From the NCBI RefSeq assembly GCF_000195975.1, contig NC_005070.1, positions 600,001-632,000 of the forward strand: DNA of 32,000 nucleotides, given 5' to 3'. Shown here in pieces: positions 17,448 through 27,349 of the stretch. Position 1 is the stretch's first letter. The number at the start of each line of letters is the position of its first letter. A program made the position numbers and the translations under genes. The notes under the pieces were generated by a model. It worked only from the letters and a program-made list of their open reading frames with translations. It was not told the DNA's origin and searched no databases. The DNA is from Parasynechococcus marenigrum WH 8102. GTDB taxonomy: Bacteria; Cyanobacteriota; Cyanobacteriia; PCC-6307; Cyanobiaceae.

Positions 17448-20177
17448 ATGGCTGCGTCCGGCCTCGACCCATCGAAGATCTTTCCGTTCCCACTGGATGA
17501 CTTCCAGTTGGAGGCGATTGATGCGTTGAATCAGGGCCACTCGGTGGTGGTCAGTGCACCGACGGGATCCGGCAAGACCCTGGTGGGGGAGTACGCCATC
17601 CATCGGGCCCTCGCCCATGGCCAGAAGGTGTTTTACACAACGCCACTCAAGGCGCTGTCCAACCAGAAGCTGCGTGATTTCCGCGAGGCCTACGGCGACG
17701 ACAACGTCGGTCTGATGACCGGTGACCTCAGCGTCAACCGTGAGGCGTCAATCGTGGTGATGACTACGGAGATCTTCCGCAACATGCTCTATGCGGAAGC
17801 CAGCGAACAGGACGACCCACTGGCGGATGTGGAAGCCGTGGTGCTGGATGAGTGCCATTACATGAACGACTCCCAGCGCGGCACGGTCTGGGAGGAGTCG
17901 ATCATTCACTGCCCGCCTTCGGTGCAGCTGGTGGCCCTGTCGGCAACGGTCGCCAATGCCGGGCAGCTCACCGATTGGATCCAGAAGGTGCATGGTCCAA
18001 CCACCCTGGTGCTCAGTGACTATCGGCCTGTGCCGCTGCAGTTCAGCTTCTGCAGTGCCAAGGGATTGCATCCGCTTCTGAATGATGCCGGAACCGGACT
18101 GCATCCCAACTGCAAGGTCTGGCGGGCGCCGAAGGGGCACAAACGCAAGGGACGCTCCGCTAAACCTCCTCAGCCGGAGCCGCCGCCGATCAGTTTTGTG
18201 GTGGCGCAGATGGCGGAACGGGACATGCTCCCCGCCATCTATTTCATCTTCAGTCGCCGCGGTTGCGACAAGGCTGTTCGCGATCTCGGCATTCAGTGCC
18301 TGGTCAACAAAGAGGAACAGGCCCGGATCCGCGCGCGGCTTAAGGCCTACAGCAGTGAGAACCCTGAGGCGGTGCGGGATGGCATCCATGCTGATGCTCT
18401 GCTCAGGGGCATCGCGGCGCACCATGCCGGTGTGCTTCCGGCTTGGAAGGAGTTGATCGAAGAGCTGTTCCAGCAGGGCCTGGTCAAGGTGGTCTTCGCC
18501 ACGGAGACCCTGGCCGCCGGTATCAACATGCCGGCTCGCACCACCGTGATTGCGGCCCTGTCCAAGCGCACGGAACGGGGTCATCGTCCGCTGATGGGCA
18601 GCGAGTTTCTGCAGATGGCCGGTCGCGCTGGGCGTCGCGGCCTTGATTCAAGGGGCTATGTCGTCACCGTTCAGAGCCGGTTTGAGGGCGTTCGGGAAGC
18701 CGGTCAGCTGGCCACCAGCCCGGCTGATCCGTTGGTCAGCCAGTTCACGCCCAGTTACGGCATGGTGCTCAACCTGCTGCAACGCCATGACCTCAACAAG
18801 GCACGGGAGTTGGTGGAGCGCAGCTTCGGGCGCTATCTCGCCAGCCTGGATCTGGTGGAGGAGGAGGACGTGCTGTCCCAGCTGAGGCTGCAGCTCGGAC
18901 AGCTCGAGGGGGTGGCCGGGGACATCCCTTGGGAAGACTTCGAGGAGTACGAAAAGCTCAGAGGACGCCTGCGGGAGGAGCGGCGCCTGCTGCGGATTCT
19001 TCAACAGCAGGCTGAAGAGACCCTGGCCAACGAACTCACCCTGGCTCTTCAGTTCGCCAGCACTGGAACGCTGGTGAGCCTCAAGTCACCGCAGCTGCGC
19101 GGACGGGTTACTCCTGCGGTGATTGTCGACAAGATTGAGGGCCCAGGCCAGTTCCCTCTGCTGCTCTGCTTGAGCGATGAGAACCTCTGGCTGTTGTTGC
19201 CATGCCAGTCCGTCGTCAGCATCCATGCTGAATTGAGCTGTCTGCAGGTGGATGGGGTCACGGCCCCTGATTTGCACAAGGCAGGCGAACTCCGCCATGG
19301 CGATCAGGCCAGTGGAGGACTGGCCCTGGCGGTGGCGCACGTGGCCCGGCGCCACGACATGACAATGCCTCAATACGACCTGGCGGGGGAAGTGCTGACC
19401 CAGGCCAGGACGGTGCAGGCCCTGGAACAGGAGCAGGAAGCCCATCCCGCCCATCGCTGGGGTGATCGCAAGCAGCTGAAGAAGCATCGGCGCCGGATGG
19501 AGGAGTTGGAGCAGGAGATTGAGGAGCGGCAGCGGTTGCTGCACCATCGCTCCAACCGCCACTGGGAAACTTTCCTGGCCCTGCTCGAGATTCTTCAGCA
19601 GTTCGGCTGCCTTGATGAGCTGACACCCACGGAGATCGGGCGGACCGTGGCGGCCTTACGTGGTGACAACGAGCTTTGGCTTGGACTGGCCTTGATGAGT
19701 GGACATCTCGATGACCTCTCAGCGCCGGATCTGGCGGCGGTGTTTGAAGCGATCAGTACCGAGGTCAACCGGCCTGATCTCTGGAGTGGCTTCCCTCCCC
19801 CTCCCGCAGCGGAGGAGGCACTGCATGATCTCTCTGGATTACGCAGGGAGTTGTTGCGGGCCCAGGAGCGTCTCGGTGTGGTGTTGCCGGCCTGGTGGGA
19901 GCCTGAGCTGATGGGGCTGGTGGAGTCATGGGCCAGAGGCACTGACTGGTCCGATCTGATCGCCAACACCTCGCTGGATGAAGGGGATGTGGTGCGGATC
20001 ATGCGCCGCACGGTGGATCTGCTGGCCCAGGTGCCTTATTGCGAAGCGATCAGTGAGCAGTTGCGCAGCCATGCCCGTCAGGCCCTGCGAGCGATCAACC
20101 GCTTCCCGGTGGCGGAGGCTGAAGACTTGCTCAAACAGGCTGGCGATCAGAACCCTGCCACCGAACGGGCGGCCTGA
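17448..20177 (+). CDS. Superfamily-2 DEAD/DEAH-box helicase, Ski2/HelY-like with C-terminal DSHCT-like region
   Basis: Motif I APTGSGKT, motif II DECH, motif III SAT, motif VI QMAGRAGRRG, and a long helical C-terminal half. The start is ATG 17448 (or GTG 17445). Confidence 0.9.
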   Translation: MAASGLDPSKIFPFPLDDFQLEAIDALNQGHSVVVSAPTGSGKTLVGEYAIHRALAHGQKVFYTTPLKALSNQKLRDFREAYGDDNVGLMTGDLSVNREASIVVMTTEIFRNMLYAEASEQDDPLADVEAVVLDECHYMNDSQRGTVWEESIIHCPPSVQLVALSATVANAGQLTDWIQKVHGPTTLVLSDYRPVPLQFSFCSAKGLHPLLNDAGTGLHPNCKVWRAPKGHKRKGRSAKPPQPEPPPISFVVAQMAERDMLPAIYFIFSRRGCDKAVRDLGIQCLVNKEEQARIRARLKAYSSENPEAVRDGIHADALLRGIAAHHAGVLPAWKELIEELFQQGLVKVVFATETLAAGINMPARTTVIAALSKRTERGHRPLMGSEFLQMAGRAGRRGLDSRGYVVTVQSRFEGVREAGQLATSPADPLVSQFTPSYGMVLNLLQRHDLNKARELVERSFGRYLASLDLVEEEDVLSQLRLQLGQLEGVAGDIPWEDFEEYEKLRGRLREERRLLRILQQQAEETLANELTLALQFASTGTLVSLKSPQLRGRVTPAVIVDKIEGPGQFPLLLCLSDENLWLLLPCQSVVSIHAELSCLQVDGVTAPDLHKAGELRHGDQASGGLALAVAHVARRHDMTMPQYDLAGEVLTQARTVQALEQEQEAHPAHRWGDRKQLKKHRRRMEELEQEIEERQRLLHHRSNRHWETFLALLEILQQFGCLDELTPTEIGRTVAALRGDNELWLGLALMSGHLDDLSAPDLAAVFEAISTEVNRPDLWSGFPPPPAAEEALHDLSGLRRELLRAQERLGVVLPAWWEPELMGLVESWARGTDWSDLIANTSLDEGDVVRIMRRTVDLLAQVPYCEAISEQLRSHARQALRAINRFPVAEAEDLLKQAGDQNPATERAA

Positions 20178-20179
20178 GG

Positions 20180-21577
20180 TCAGCGGTGGGGTGAGGCCAT
20201 CGCGGCTGGATCGATCAACTGGTCAAAGCGTTCGTCTGTGATCGCTCCGGATTGCATGGCGGCCTCTCGAAGCGTCAGTCCGTCTCGGTGGGCGTGCTGG
20301 GCGATCGCACAGGCTTTTTCGTAGCCGATCTCCGGCGTCAAAGCCGTCACCAGCATCAGGGATCGCTCCACGTAAAATGCGATCCGGTCACGGTCTGCTT
20401 CCATCCCGGTCAACAGATTCAGCCGGAAACAGCGGCAGGCGTCTTGCAGCAGACGGATGCCCTCGATCAGGTTGTAGCCGATCAGGGGTTTATACACGTT
20501 CATCTGGAGATGCCCCCCAGCACCAGCTGCCGCGACGGCTGCATCCATGCCGATCACCTGGGTGCAGACCATCGCCATGGCCTCGCACTGGGTGGGATTC
20601 ACCTTTCCTGGCATGATCGAGCTGCCCGGTTCATTGGCCGGCAACAGCAGTTCCCCCAGCCCAGCCCTGGGTCCGCAAGCCAGCAGGCGGATGTCATTAG
20701 CGATGGTGAGCAGCGTCACGGCCAGGCGCCGCAGCTGAGCCATGGTCTGCACCAGGGAGTCATGGCCCGCCATGACAGCAAACAGGTTGTCCGCCGGCTG
20801 AAAGTCGGATCCCGTTCGGCTGGCGAGTTCAGCACAAACCTCGTGGGCAAATCGGTCCGGCGTGTTCAATCCACTGCCGACGGCTGTGCCTCCGAGCGGC
20901 AGAGCCAGTAGGTCTTGATGGGCTGTGGTCAGCCAATGGGCGCCGTCGCTGAGTCGGTCGCGCCAGGCGCTGACTTCATCTCCAAGGCGAAGCGGCACTG
21001 CGTCCTGCAGATGGGTCCGCCCGATCTTGATGATGTCCTGCCAGGCAACGGCCTTGGCATCGAGACTCGCGATCAGCCGCTTCAGCTCTGGCAGCAGCTC
21101 CTGCTGCAGCTGCAGAGCCGCAGCTACATGGATCGCTGCCGGGAAAACGTCATTTGTGGACTGAGACCGGTTGATGTGGTCGTTGGGGTGGAGGGGACGG
21201 TGCGAGCCGAGGTTCTCTCCGGATTCCTGAGCAGCGAGGTTGCTGATCACCTCATTCACGTTCATGTTCGTCTGCGTGCCGCTGCCGGTTTGCCAGACAC
21301 TCAGAGGAAAGTGATCATCTTGCTGGCCTGTTTGGATTGCCTGGCCCGCCCGTTCGATCAAGGCCACCTGTTGGTCGTTCAACAGACCATGGCGACCGTT
21401 CACCGCGGCGCAGCACTGTTTGATCCGTGCCAGGGCATGAATCAGCTCCGCTGGAATCTTTTGATGACCAATGGCGAAGTTGTTGAGAGATCGCTGGGTT
21501 TGGGCTCCCCAGAGCGCTGCAGCGGGGACGTCGACACCTCCAATGCTGTCGTGCTCCTGCCTCATCGGTTGGCCCAT
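20180..21577 (-). CDS. fumC: Class II fumarate hydratase
   Basis: Signature GSSIMPGKVNPTQCEA, and N-terminus DSIGGVDVPAAALWGAQTQRS parallel to E. coli FumC. The start is ATG 21577 or 21565; the track start 21613 is probably too long. Confidence 0.95.
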   Translation of the reverse strand: MGQPMRQEHDSIGGVDVPAAALWGAQTQRSLNNFAIGHQKIPAELIHALARIKQCCAAVNGRHGLLNDQQVALIERAGQAIQTGQQDDHFPLSVWQTGSGTQTNMNVNEVISNLAAQESGENLGSHRPLHPNDHINRSQSTNDVFPAAIHVAAALQLQQELLPELKRLIASLDAKAVAWQDIIKIGRTHLQDAVPLRLGDEVSAWRDRLSDGAHWLTTAHQDLLALPLGGTAVGSGLNTPDRFAHEVCAELASRTGSDFQPADNLFAVMAGHDSLVQTMAQLRRLAVTLLTIANDIRLLACGPRAGLGELLLPANEPGSSIMPGKVNPTQCEAMAMVCTQVIGMDAAVAAAGAGGHLQMNVYKPLIGYNLIEGIRLLQDACRCFRLNLLTGMEADRDRIAFYVERSLMLVTALTPEIGYEKACAIAQHAHRDGLTLREAAMQSGAITDERFDQLIDPAAMASPHR

Positions 21578-21611
21578 CTGAGAATGCCGATCCCAATCGA
21601 CAATCGTATGC

Positions 21612-22175
21612 ATGCCCTTCGCCTGCCTCGCTGAGGCCAGTCATTGCTGCACGGTTGCGCTGCCCGGTGGCGAGAAGGCTGTGCTGCGGCGGTTTTTCCA
21701 GCGCCCGAAGCGATCAATGGCCGCCCTGCTCACCCGACAGCGGATGGACTGCAAGGGCGATGGTCGCTTCCTCTACGCATCGCGGCCGTTCCAGATCCTG
21801 CGTTTTGAGATCAGGCCAGAGGTGCTGTTTGCCGCGCATTGGTCGGATCAATCCCAGGGACTTGAGATTGCCTTTGAAGACTGCTGGATTCATGGCCTCG
21901 GCGCTATGCAGAACGCCATCCGCTTCGAGTGCACGGCGTTGCTTGTCCCCAAGCAGGAGGGTGTGGAGGCTCAGGCTCGAGCGGCAGTTGTGCTGTCATC
22001 GGACAGTCCGTTGATCGCGCTGCCGAATGGCCTGCGCCGACGTTTGGCTGAGCGGGCGTTGCAGCTGGTGTTTGCGCGGCTGGAGCGACGCTGCCAGGGC
22101 GGGCTGAAACGGGCCTTGCTGAATTGGATCGCGGAAGATGCAATGGGGTGTATTGATCGCAATCGTGAGAGTTAA
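21612..22175 (+). CDS. DUF1997-family protein
   Basis: GDGRFLYASRPFQILRFEIRPEV ... LVFARLERRCQGGLKRALLNW matches the DUF1997 pattern as I recall it. This is the last host-composition gene before the GC drop. Confidence 0.7.
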   Translation: MPFACLAEASHCCTVALPGGEKAVLRRFFQRPKRSMAALLTRQRMDCKGDGRFLYASRPFQILRFEIRPEVLFAAHWSDQSQGLEIAFEDCWIHGLGAMQNAIRFECTALLVPKQEGVEAQARAAVVLSSDSPLIALPNGLRRRLAERALQLVFARLERRCQGGLKRALLNWIAEDAMGCIDRNRES

Positions 22176-22198
22176 AGTCTTGCGACGCATCCGGTGAC

Positions 22199-23020
22199 AT
22201 GATCAAAATGCGAGCCGGACTTGTCGAACAGATCAAGTTGACGCTTGATCGTCTTTGGTTGCAAATCAGAATCGTTCTCGCGCTTTCTGAAACGGAGTTC
22301 GTCCTCAGAGCTGAAAAGGGATCCTTTGGTGCTTGGGGTGTTCTGTTTGAACCCCTGGCATTGATATTGACACTACTGGCTTTAAGAATTTTTATTCGGT
22401 TGAAGTCTACGGATTTCTTGAATCCTGTGCTCTGGCTGACGTGTGGAATCGCGCTCCTTTATATGTTCAGGAAAATTGGAATCAAGGCGCTGACGGGGGT
22501 TTCAAAGCGTCAGAAATTCTTTTTCTATCGTCGTATCCGTCCACTGGATACTTTGCTGGCGTCAGCGCTGATTGAAGCGAGAATTCATGGGGCAATTTTA
22601 GTCTTCGTCTTCATCGGCGTTTCATTTTGGAGTTGGCAGATCAAGTTGGACGATCCGGCTCTAGTACTAATCGATTTCCTTTTGACCGTTGCCCTGGGAT
22701 TGGGTATTGGTATCAGTGCTTTGGTGATCGGTCATCGCATCCCGATTGTCAAGGTCTTGACAAAATTTGGAATCAATCGCTTGCTTCTCTGGACGTCTGG
22801 AATTTTTTATGCCGTATACACACTTCCAGGCCCAGTTCGTCCGTTCGTGACTTGGAATCCATTGCTGCACTCTGTTGAATTGCTACGCCATGGCATCAAT
22901 GTGGCCTATCCCATACCTGGTATCAGCTTGCAGTACTTGCTTGTGTGCAGTTCTCTGAGCTGTGGATTTGGACTACTGTTTTATTTCCTCAATGAGGCTC
23001 TGCTTCTTGCCGATGACTGA
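22199..23020 (+). CDS. kpsM: ABC-2 type polysaccharide export permease, KpsM-like
   Basis: 273 aa with about 6 TM segments. The C-terminal block WNPLLHSVELLRHGI parallels E. coli KpsM WNPLVHVVELSREAV, and the overall layout matches. Confidence 0.85.
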   Translation: MIKMRAGLVEQIKLTLDRLWLQIRIVLALSETEFVLRAEKGSFGAWGVLFEPLALILTLLALRIFIRLKSTDFLNPVLWLTCGIALLYMFRKIGIKALTGVSKRQKFFFYRRIRPLDTLLASALIEARIHGAILVFVFIGVSFWSWQIKLDDPALVLIDFLLTVALGLGIGISALVIGHRIPIVKVLTKFGINRLLLWTSGIFYAVYTLPGPVRPFVTWNPLLHSVELLRHGINVAYPIPGISLQYLLVCSSLSCGFGLLFYFLNEALLLADD

Positions 23021-24236
23021 ACAGCCCCGCGTAACACCAACGGCTGCCCCGCGACTGAGGCTGGGTGACGGTGTTCGTCGTATCGAATCCTTTACAGGCG
23101 TCCAAACCAGTTCGCTCCTGCCGAGGCTTCGCTCTGGGCTTCAGGGAACATGGGGGAATCTGTTTAATGTTGGGACTTTAGCGGTCGCTTTCGTTGCCAT
23201 CTCGGGGGTGTATTGCTTCGGGATTGGCCGTGATCGCTATCAAGCGACATCTGAATTCGTAATCAAGCAGCCGATGCCGCCGGCGACGGCAACAACAACA
23301 GTTTTGGGTTCAATGCTCAGCTCCAGTGTTCTTTCATCGCTTGAGGATGGACGCTACTTGCAGGTTTATTTGAAATCCAATGCTGTGAAACAGGCTGTCT
23401 TCCCTGATTCTTCAGCCTTCAAGTCGACCTATGCGCCTCAGGCTCCTGATCGATGGAGTGGCCTGCGTGATGATGCCAATGAGCAAGAGCAGCTTGCATT
23501 TTTCCAACGGCAGCTCGAGGTGACCCCACAAGAGCTTTCAGGAACCATTCTACTGTCAACCAGTGCCTTTACTGCTGATGCTGCTTACCAACTTAATAAC
23601 AATCTTCTCAAACAAGCGCAACGCTTTGTCAACGAAGTGAATCAGTCAATCAGTGCTGATCAGCAGAGCTTTGCTGAGGAACAGGTGGCCTTAGCTAAAA
23701 CGCGCTTGAAAAAAGCCGGTGATGCACTGGAAGACTTTCAGGATCGTTATGGCCAATTGGATCCGCAGGGTGAACAGAATGCCACAACTGGTTTCATCAC
23801 TGGCTTGGAATCTCGGCTAGTCGATCTAAAGGTCGAGGAGGCCAGTCTTCGTCGCCAGTTTCGTGATCCCAATGCACCTGAGGTGGCTCTTGTTAGCGAT
23901 CAAGTGCGAGAACTGGAGCGTCAGATTCAGGAAGAGCGACAAAAAGCAGTTGGGTCAGGTGGACGCGACCTAAATAAACTGGCCCGTCAAGCTTCTGGTT
24001 TGCAATCAGATGTGAATTTTGCGAGTGAATCTCTAAGCTCGGCTATGCGTGCAGCTGAAAACAGTAGGATGGAGAGTCAGCGTCAGCTGAAATTCATTGT
24101 GATGCTAAGCAAGCCGCAAATGCCCTCTGGACCTGAGACATCGTGGCGTTGGAAGGCTTTCCTATCGTGCCTTGGTGTTTTGATCGTGGTCTGGGGTGTA
24201 GGAGGATTTATGCTGACGGCATTGCGGCGTGATTAA
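23013..24236 (+). CDS. kpsE: Capsule-export periplasmic adaptor / polysaccharide co-polymerase, KpsE/CtrB-like (PCP-3)
   Basis: N-terminal TM followed by DRYQATSEFVIK (the KpsE-type motif DRY.S...F.V), a long coiled-coil periplasmic region and a C-terminal TM. ATG 23013 overlaps the kpsM stop (ATGACTGA, 8 nt). Confidence 0.75.
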   Translation: MTEQPRVTPTAAPRLRLGDGVRRIESFTGVQTSSLLPRLRSGLQGTWGNLFNVGTLAVAFVAISGVYCFGIGRDRYQATSEFVIKQPMPPATATTTVLGSMLSSSVLSSLEDGRYLQVYLKSNAVKQAVFPDSSAFKSTYAPQAPDRWSGLRDDANEQEQLAFFQRQLEVTPQELSGTILLSTSAFTADAAYQLNNNLLKQAQRFVNEVNQSISADQQSFAEEQVALAKTRLKKAGDALEDFQDRYGQLDPQGEQNATTGFITGLESRLVDLKVEEASLRRQFRDPNAPEVALVSDQVRELERQIQEERQKAVGSGGRDLNKLARQASGLQSDVNFASESLSSAMRAAENSRMESQRQLKFIVMLSKPQMPSGPETSWRWKAFLSCLGVLIVVWGVGGFMLTALRRD

Positions 24237-24406
24237 AGATTAGTGTAATCAATACTTTTTATATCGATCGGTTGTGATTTTGTTTTTAGAGATCAATTGA
24301 AAAGGCCTATTGGGAGTTTGGATGAGAATGATTCGTTCCGAGCTTATAGATTAAATTGTTTTCCTGAATGTTATTGGTTTCGTCTGGAAAGTTGTGTTTT
24401 CATTGT

Positions 24407-27349
24407 TCAATTATCCTGCTGCACTCGTTTTACTTCTTCCAGGTAATTTTCTATTTGTCGCGCTAATCGACGATTGCCGCGACGGATGGTTTCCTTCCAG
24501 TCTTTAATGTCTACCTCATGAGGGTTGTCTCGAAGCAAGCTAACCTTGATGAAGGGGAACTCATGATCCTCAATGAGTGATTTCCATTCAGCATGAAGAA
24601 TATTGCCATTTGCATTCTTTGAATAAAGGCTTTCAAGAGTCATCCCATTCTCTTTGAGAAGAACAGAGAGTCCGACCTCATAGTTTTTGACAATGCTGCG
24701 TTTTTCATCCCAACACATTATGTTGTCCCAGAACTGCCAGAATGACGGACAAGAAACAGCGCGACGTTTAAACATTAGAAATGCAGATTGTAGATGGGGT
24801 TCGTACATGAGATTGTCCGTTAAACCAATCACATCCGCTTGGCTATTGGCAAGGCGATTGATCATGCCTGTTAGGGGACGAATCGGACCCCAAAAACTAT
24901 CGTTACTGAGCAATACAGATTGTCTTTGATCGATCAGATCTCGACAAAACCTTAGACCAGTCATCCAGCTTCCAAAGTCATATCCTTCATTACGTCGAAT
25001 AATGAGTCCATCACAAACGCTCCTGAGCGTAGTTAATTCACGGGGGTGGTGTAGTAAGGATGGTGTTGCGGCAACAACTTGGACGTAAAAATAACGCCGA
25101 TACTTCCTTAAAAGATCAAGAATGTCAGAGCGAATTGGTTTGTCGTTATTGGAGGCATATTGCGCAAAGATCAGTGGTATACGTTTGTCATTCTTTCTTG
25201 CCGGACGCCTCCAAGTCAACAATACTTCTTCTCGTGCTGGCCTGAGAGGAACCACTTGCTTCAGGATTGGTTCGTATCTTGTTGAATGATGATGAAGGAG
25301 GGGGCTGGTTAATGGATCACCTTGTGCATAAATTTTTTTATGCTTTAGGCGCAGACGTCCTGATTCACGTTGATGTCGTGCCCAAGCTAATCCAACTTGA
25401 TCTTTACCGCGGCTAATTGACTCGTAGTGAGTGATCGTTGCATGTGGCGTCACAACAACGCTACCCCCTGCATCCCTGAGTCTGAGGCAAAGGTCGACAT
25501 CATTGAATACAACGGCGAGTTTTTCATCAAATCCACCCACCATGTCAAACCGCTCGGCTTTCACCATCAAGCAGGCTGCAGAGGCTGCGGAAAACTCCTC
25601 TTGTGTTCTGAGAGGCAAAAGGCTGGCAATCACTTCTTGCTCAATAAGATGCTTGCCAGGTTCAAGAACGCAACGACGCTCACCAGGAATAATGAGAACT
25701 CCTTGATGTTGGATGCTGCCATCGGGGTAATTAAGCCTCGAACCAACGGCTACAGTTTTGGGATGTGCAAAGGGATCTAGAAGTACATCAAGAACACTTT
25801 CGGAGATAAACTTGATATCATTGTTTAGGAAAAGTAGAAAATCTCCTCTGCATAACTGGCGGGCTTTGTTATTTAGTCGCGAGTAATTAAATTTTTCGTC
25901 GAGGCGTATGCATTGAATATTGTCTTCCTTGATGGCTTCTCTGATCCATTCTTTTGTGGCATCTTCGACACTTCCGTTGTCAATTAAAACGATTTCATAG
26001 GTGCATTCTTTACCGGCATTAAGCTTGATCGAGTCAACACATACTCTTGTTAGTTCTACTTGATCTCTAAATGGAATCAATATGGATACCAAGGATGATT
26101 TATCTGTAGGACGAGACAAGTCATGGCATCCTGCCTGTAACGGGTTGGGCTTGAGCCCACTCTCTATTCCAAAATATTGTTTGGCATGCTGACTTCTGAT
26201 ACGACCGATCTCATCTAAATGCTGATCACTCAATGGGCATCGCTCTCTGGGCCAGCCTTGTTCAGGTATTGAAGGATTCTGAGAGCTTTGATGCTTGACG
26301 AGCGCTTGATGACAGTGGGTTGTCTTGATCGGATTGCGAGTTATCTGTAGGAGTACGTCCAGACGCAATGCCTCTAGGCAGGTATAACTAGGAGCAAATT
26401 TACACCGCTTTAATAATAGATCATAGGGTAGCGTTAGCAGCCCTCCAATGCCTCCGCGGGTACACAGACGAATGGCTGATACTGGGCTTCGGTATTGCCG
26501 ATGTTCATATCCGAGCCCATCATTCCAAAGTTGGTAAACAATAATGTCATCGCAGGTCAACACAGTGTCCACTTTTGTTTGTTGGAGTTGTCCCGCTAAA
26601 GCATGTAGGGCTCCATTGGCCAACATATCGCTGGCATGACAAATAGTGATCCACTCTGCAGAGTTCTCTCTTAGCAGATTTGGCAAAGAATTCATATTTG
26701 CCAAAGAGCAAGAAACCACATCGTTCCAACCACCTACAACAGCTAGTGATTGTGCTTGGTGTGTTGTTCCATCAATGACTAAAAGTAGATGCTTTGTTGT
26801 TAAAACGGAGGAATTTATTGCGGGTAACTTTGTTGGATGATATCGATCAAGGCCTGTCGCAACAGATTCTTGCCGACGGAAATGATCCCACCCCTCCGTC
26901 GCGAGATGTTCGAGCAAAGAGATTTTATTAGTGCGTGTAATTTGTCTCTGTGTTTTGTTCAGGCCTGCCTCATAGGCTCCAATGGGTATTGGCGGTAGAT
27001 CTCCGTAAAGAGACAGATGACCATTTAAAATCTGATTAAGCGTCCCACTCACTAGTAACTCATTGATTGATAAGAGGTGCCGATGTTGAAGTAGTAAGGG
27101 AATTTTTTGAATTCCATCTTCCAGTGGGTTCCATGTTGTTGGCTCCAACAGCAGGGAAATGGGTAAATATCTTGGGTTAAGTAGATGACAGTCTAAATAA
27201 TCATGCAAGCTTGCAAGATCTGATTTGATTAAATCAAGATCTATGCCGATACGTTTGAATAGTTTGAGTTGTTTTTGTATAGAGCCAATAGAGATTTTTC
27301 CATTTCTCCAATCTTGAAAAGATTTTGACCAGTGATCGTTGGGATTCAT
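24407..27349 (-). CDS. Multidomain glycosyltransferase: degenerate GT-like N-region + GT2 domain + rhamnan-synthesis-F (RgpF-like) domain
   Basis: 980 aa. The GT2 core is about aa 419-650 (VSILIPFRD, LIDNGS, FNYSRLNN, FLLFLNNDI, FNDVDLCLR; nt about 25400-26095). The RgpF-like region is about aa 722-945 (IFAQY, RRNEGYDFGSW, LSNDSFWGP, HLQSAFLMF; nt about 24515-25186). Confidence 0.9.
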   Translation of the reverse strand: MNPNDHWSKSFQDWRNGKISIGSIQKQLKLFKRIGIDLDLIKSDLASLHDYLDCHLLNPRYLPISLLLEPTTWNPLEDGIQKIPLLLQHRHLLSINELLVSGTLNQILNGHLSLYGDLPPIPIGAYEAGLNKTQRQITRTNKISLLEHLATEGWDHFRRQESVATGLDRYHPTKLPAINSSVLTTKHLLLVIDGTTHQAQSLAVVGGWNDVVSCSLANMNSLPNLLRENSAEWITICHASDMLANGALHALAGQLQQTKVDTVLTCDDIIVYQLWNDGLGYEHRQYRSPVSAIRLCTRGGIGGLLTLPYDLLLKRCKFAPSYTCLEALRLDVLLQITRNPIKTTHCHQALVKHQSSQNPSIPEQGWPRERCPLSDQHLDEIGRIRSQHAKQYFGIESGLKPNPLQAGCHDLSRPTDKSSLVSILIPFRDQVELTRVCVDSIKLNAGKECTYEIVLIDNGSVEDATKEWIREAIKEDNIQCIRLDEKFNYSRLNNKARQLCRGDFLLFLNNDIKFISESVLDVLLDPFAHPKTVAVGSRLNYPDGSIQHQGVLIIPGERRCVLEPGKHLIEQEVIASLLPLRTQEEFSAASAACLMVKAERFDMVGGFDEKLAVVFNDVDLCLRLRDAGGSVVVTPHATITHYESISRGKDQVGLAWARHQRESGRLRLKHKKIYAQGDPLTSPLLHHHSTRYEPILKQVVPLRPAREEVLLTWRRPARKNDKRIPLIFAQYASNNDKPIRSDILDLLRKYRRYFYVQVVAATPSLLHHPRELTTLRSVCDGLIIRRNEGYDFGSWMTGLRFCRDLIDQRQSVLLSNDSFWGPIRPLTGMINRLANSQADVIGLTDNLMYEPHLQSAFLMFKRRAVSCPSFWQFWDNIMCWDEKRSIVKNYEVGLSVLLKENGMTLESLYSKNANGNILHAEWKSLIEDHEFPFIKVSLLRDNPHEVDIKDWKETIRRGNRRLARQIENYLEEVKRVQQDN

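Noticed and set aside
25427-25780. Plus-strand ORFs (117 aa, 91 aa) inside the 980-aa glycosyltransferase, and similar ones at 30981..31277 and 27969..28169
   Set aside because: They are antisense to genes with clear GT2 motifs and have no features of their own. Short open frames are expected by chance.
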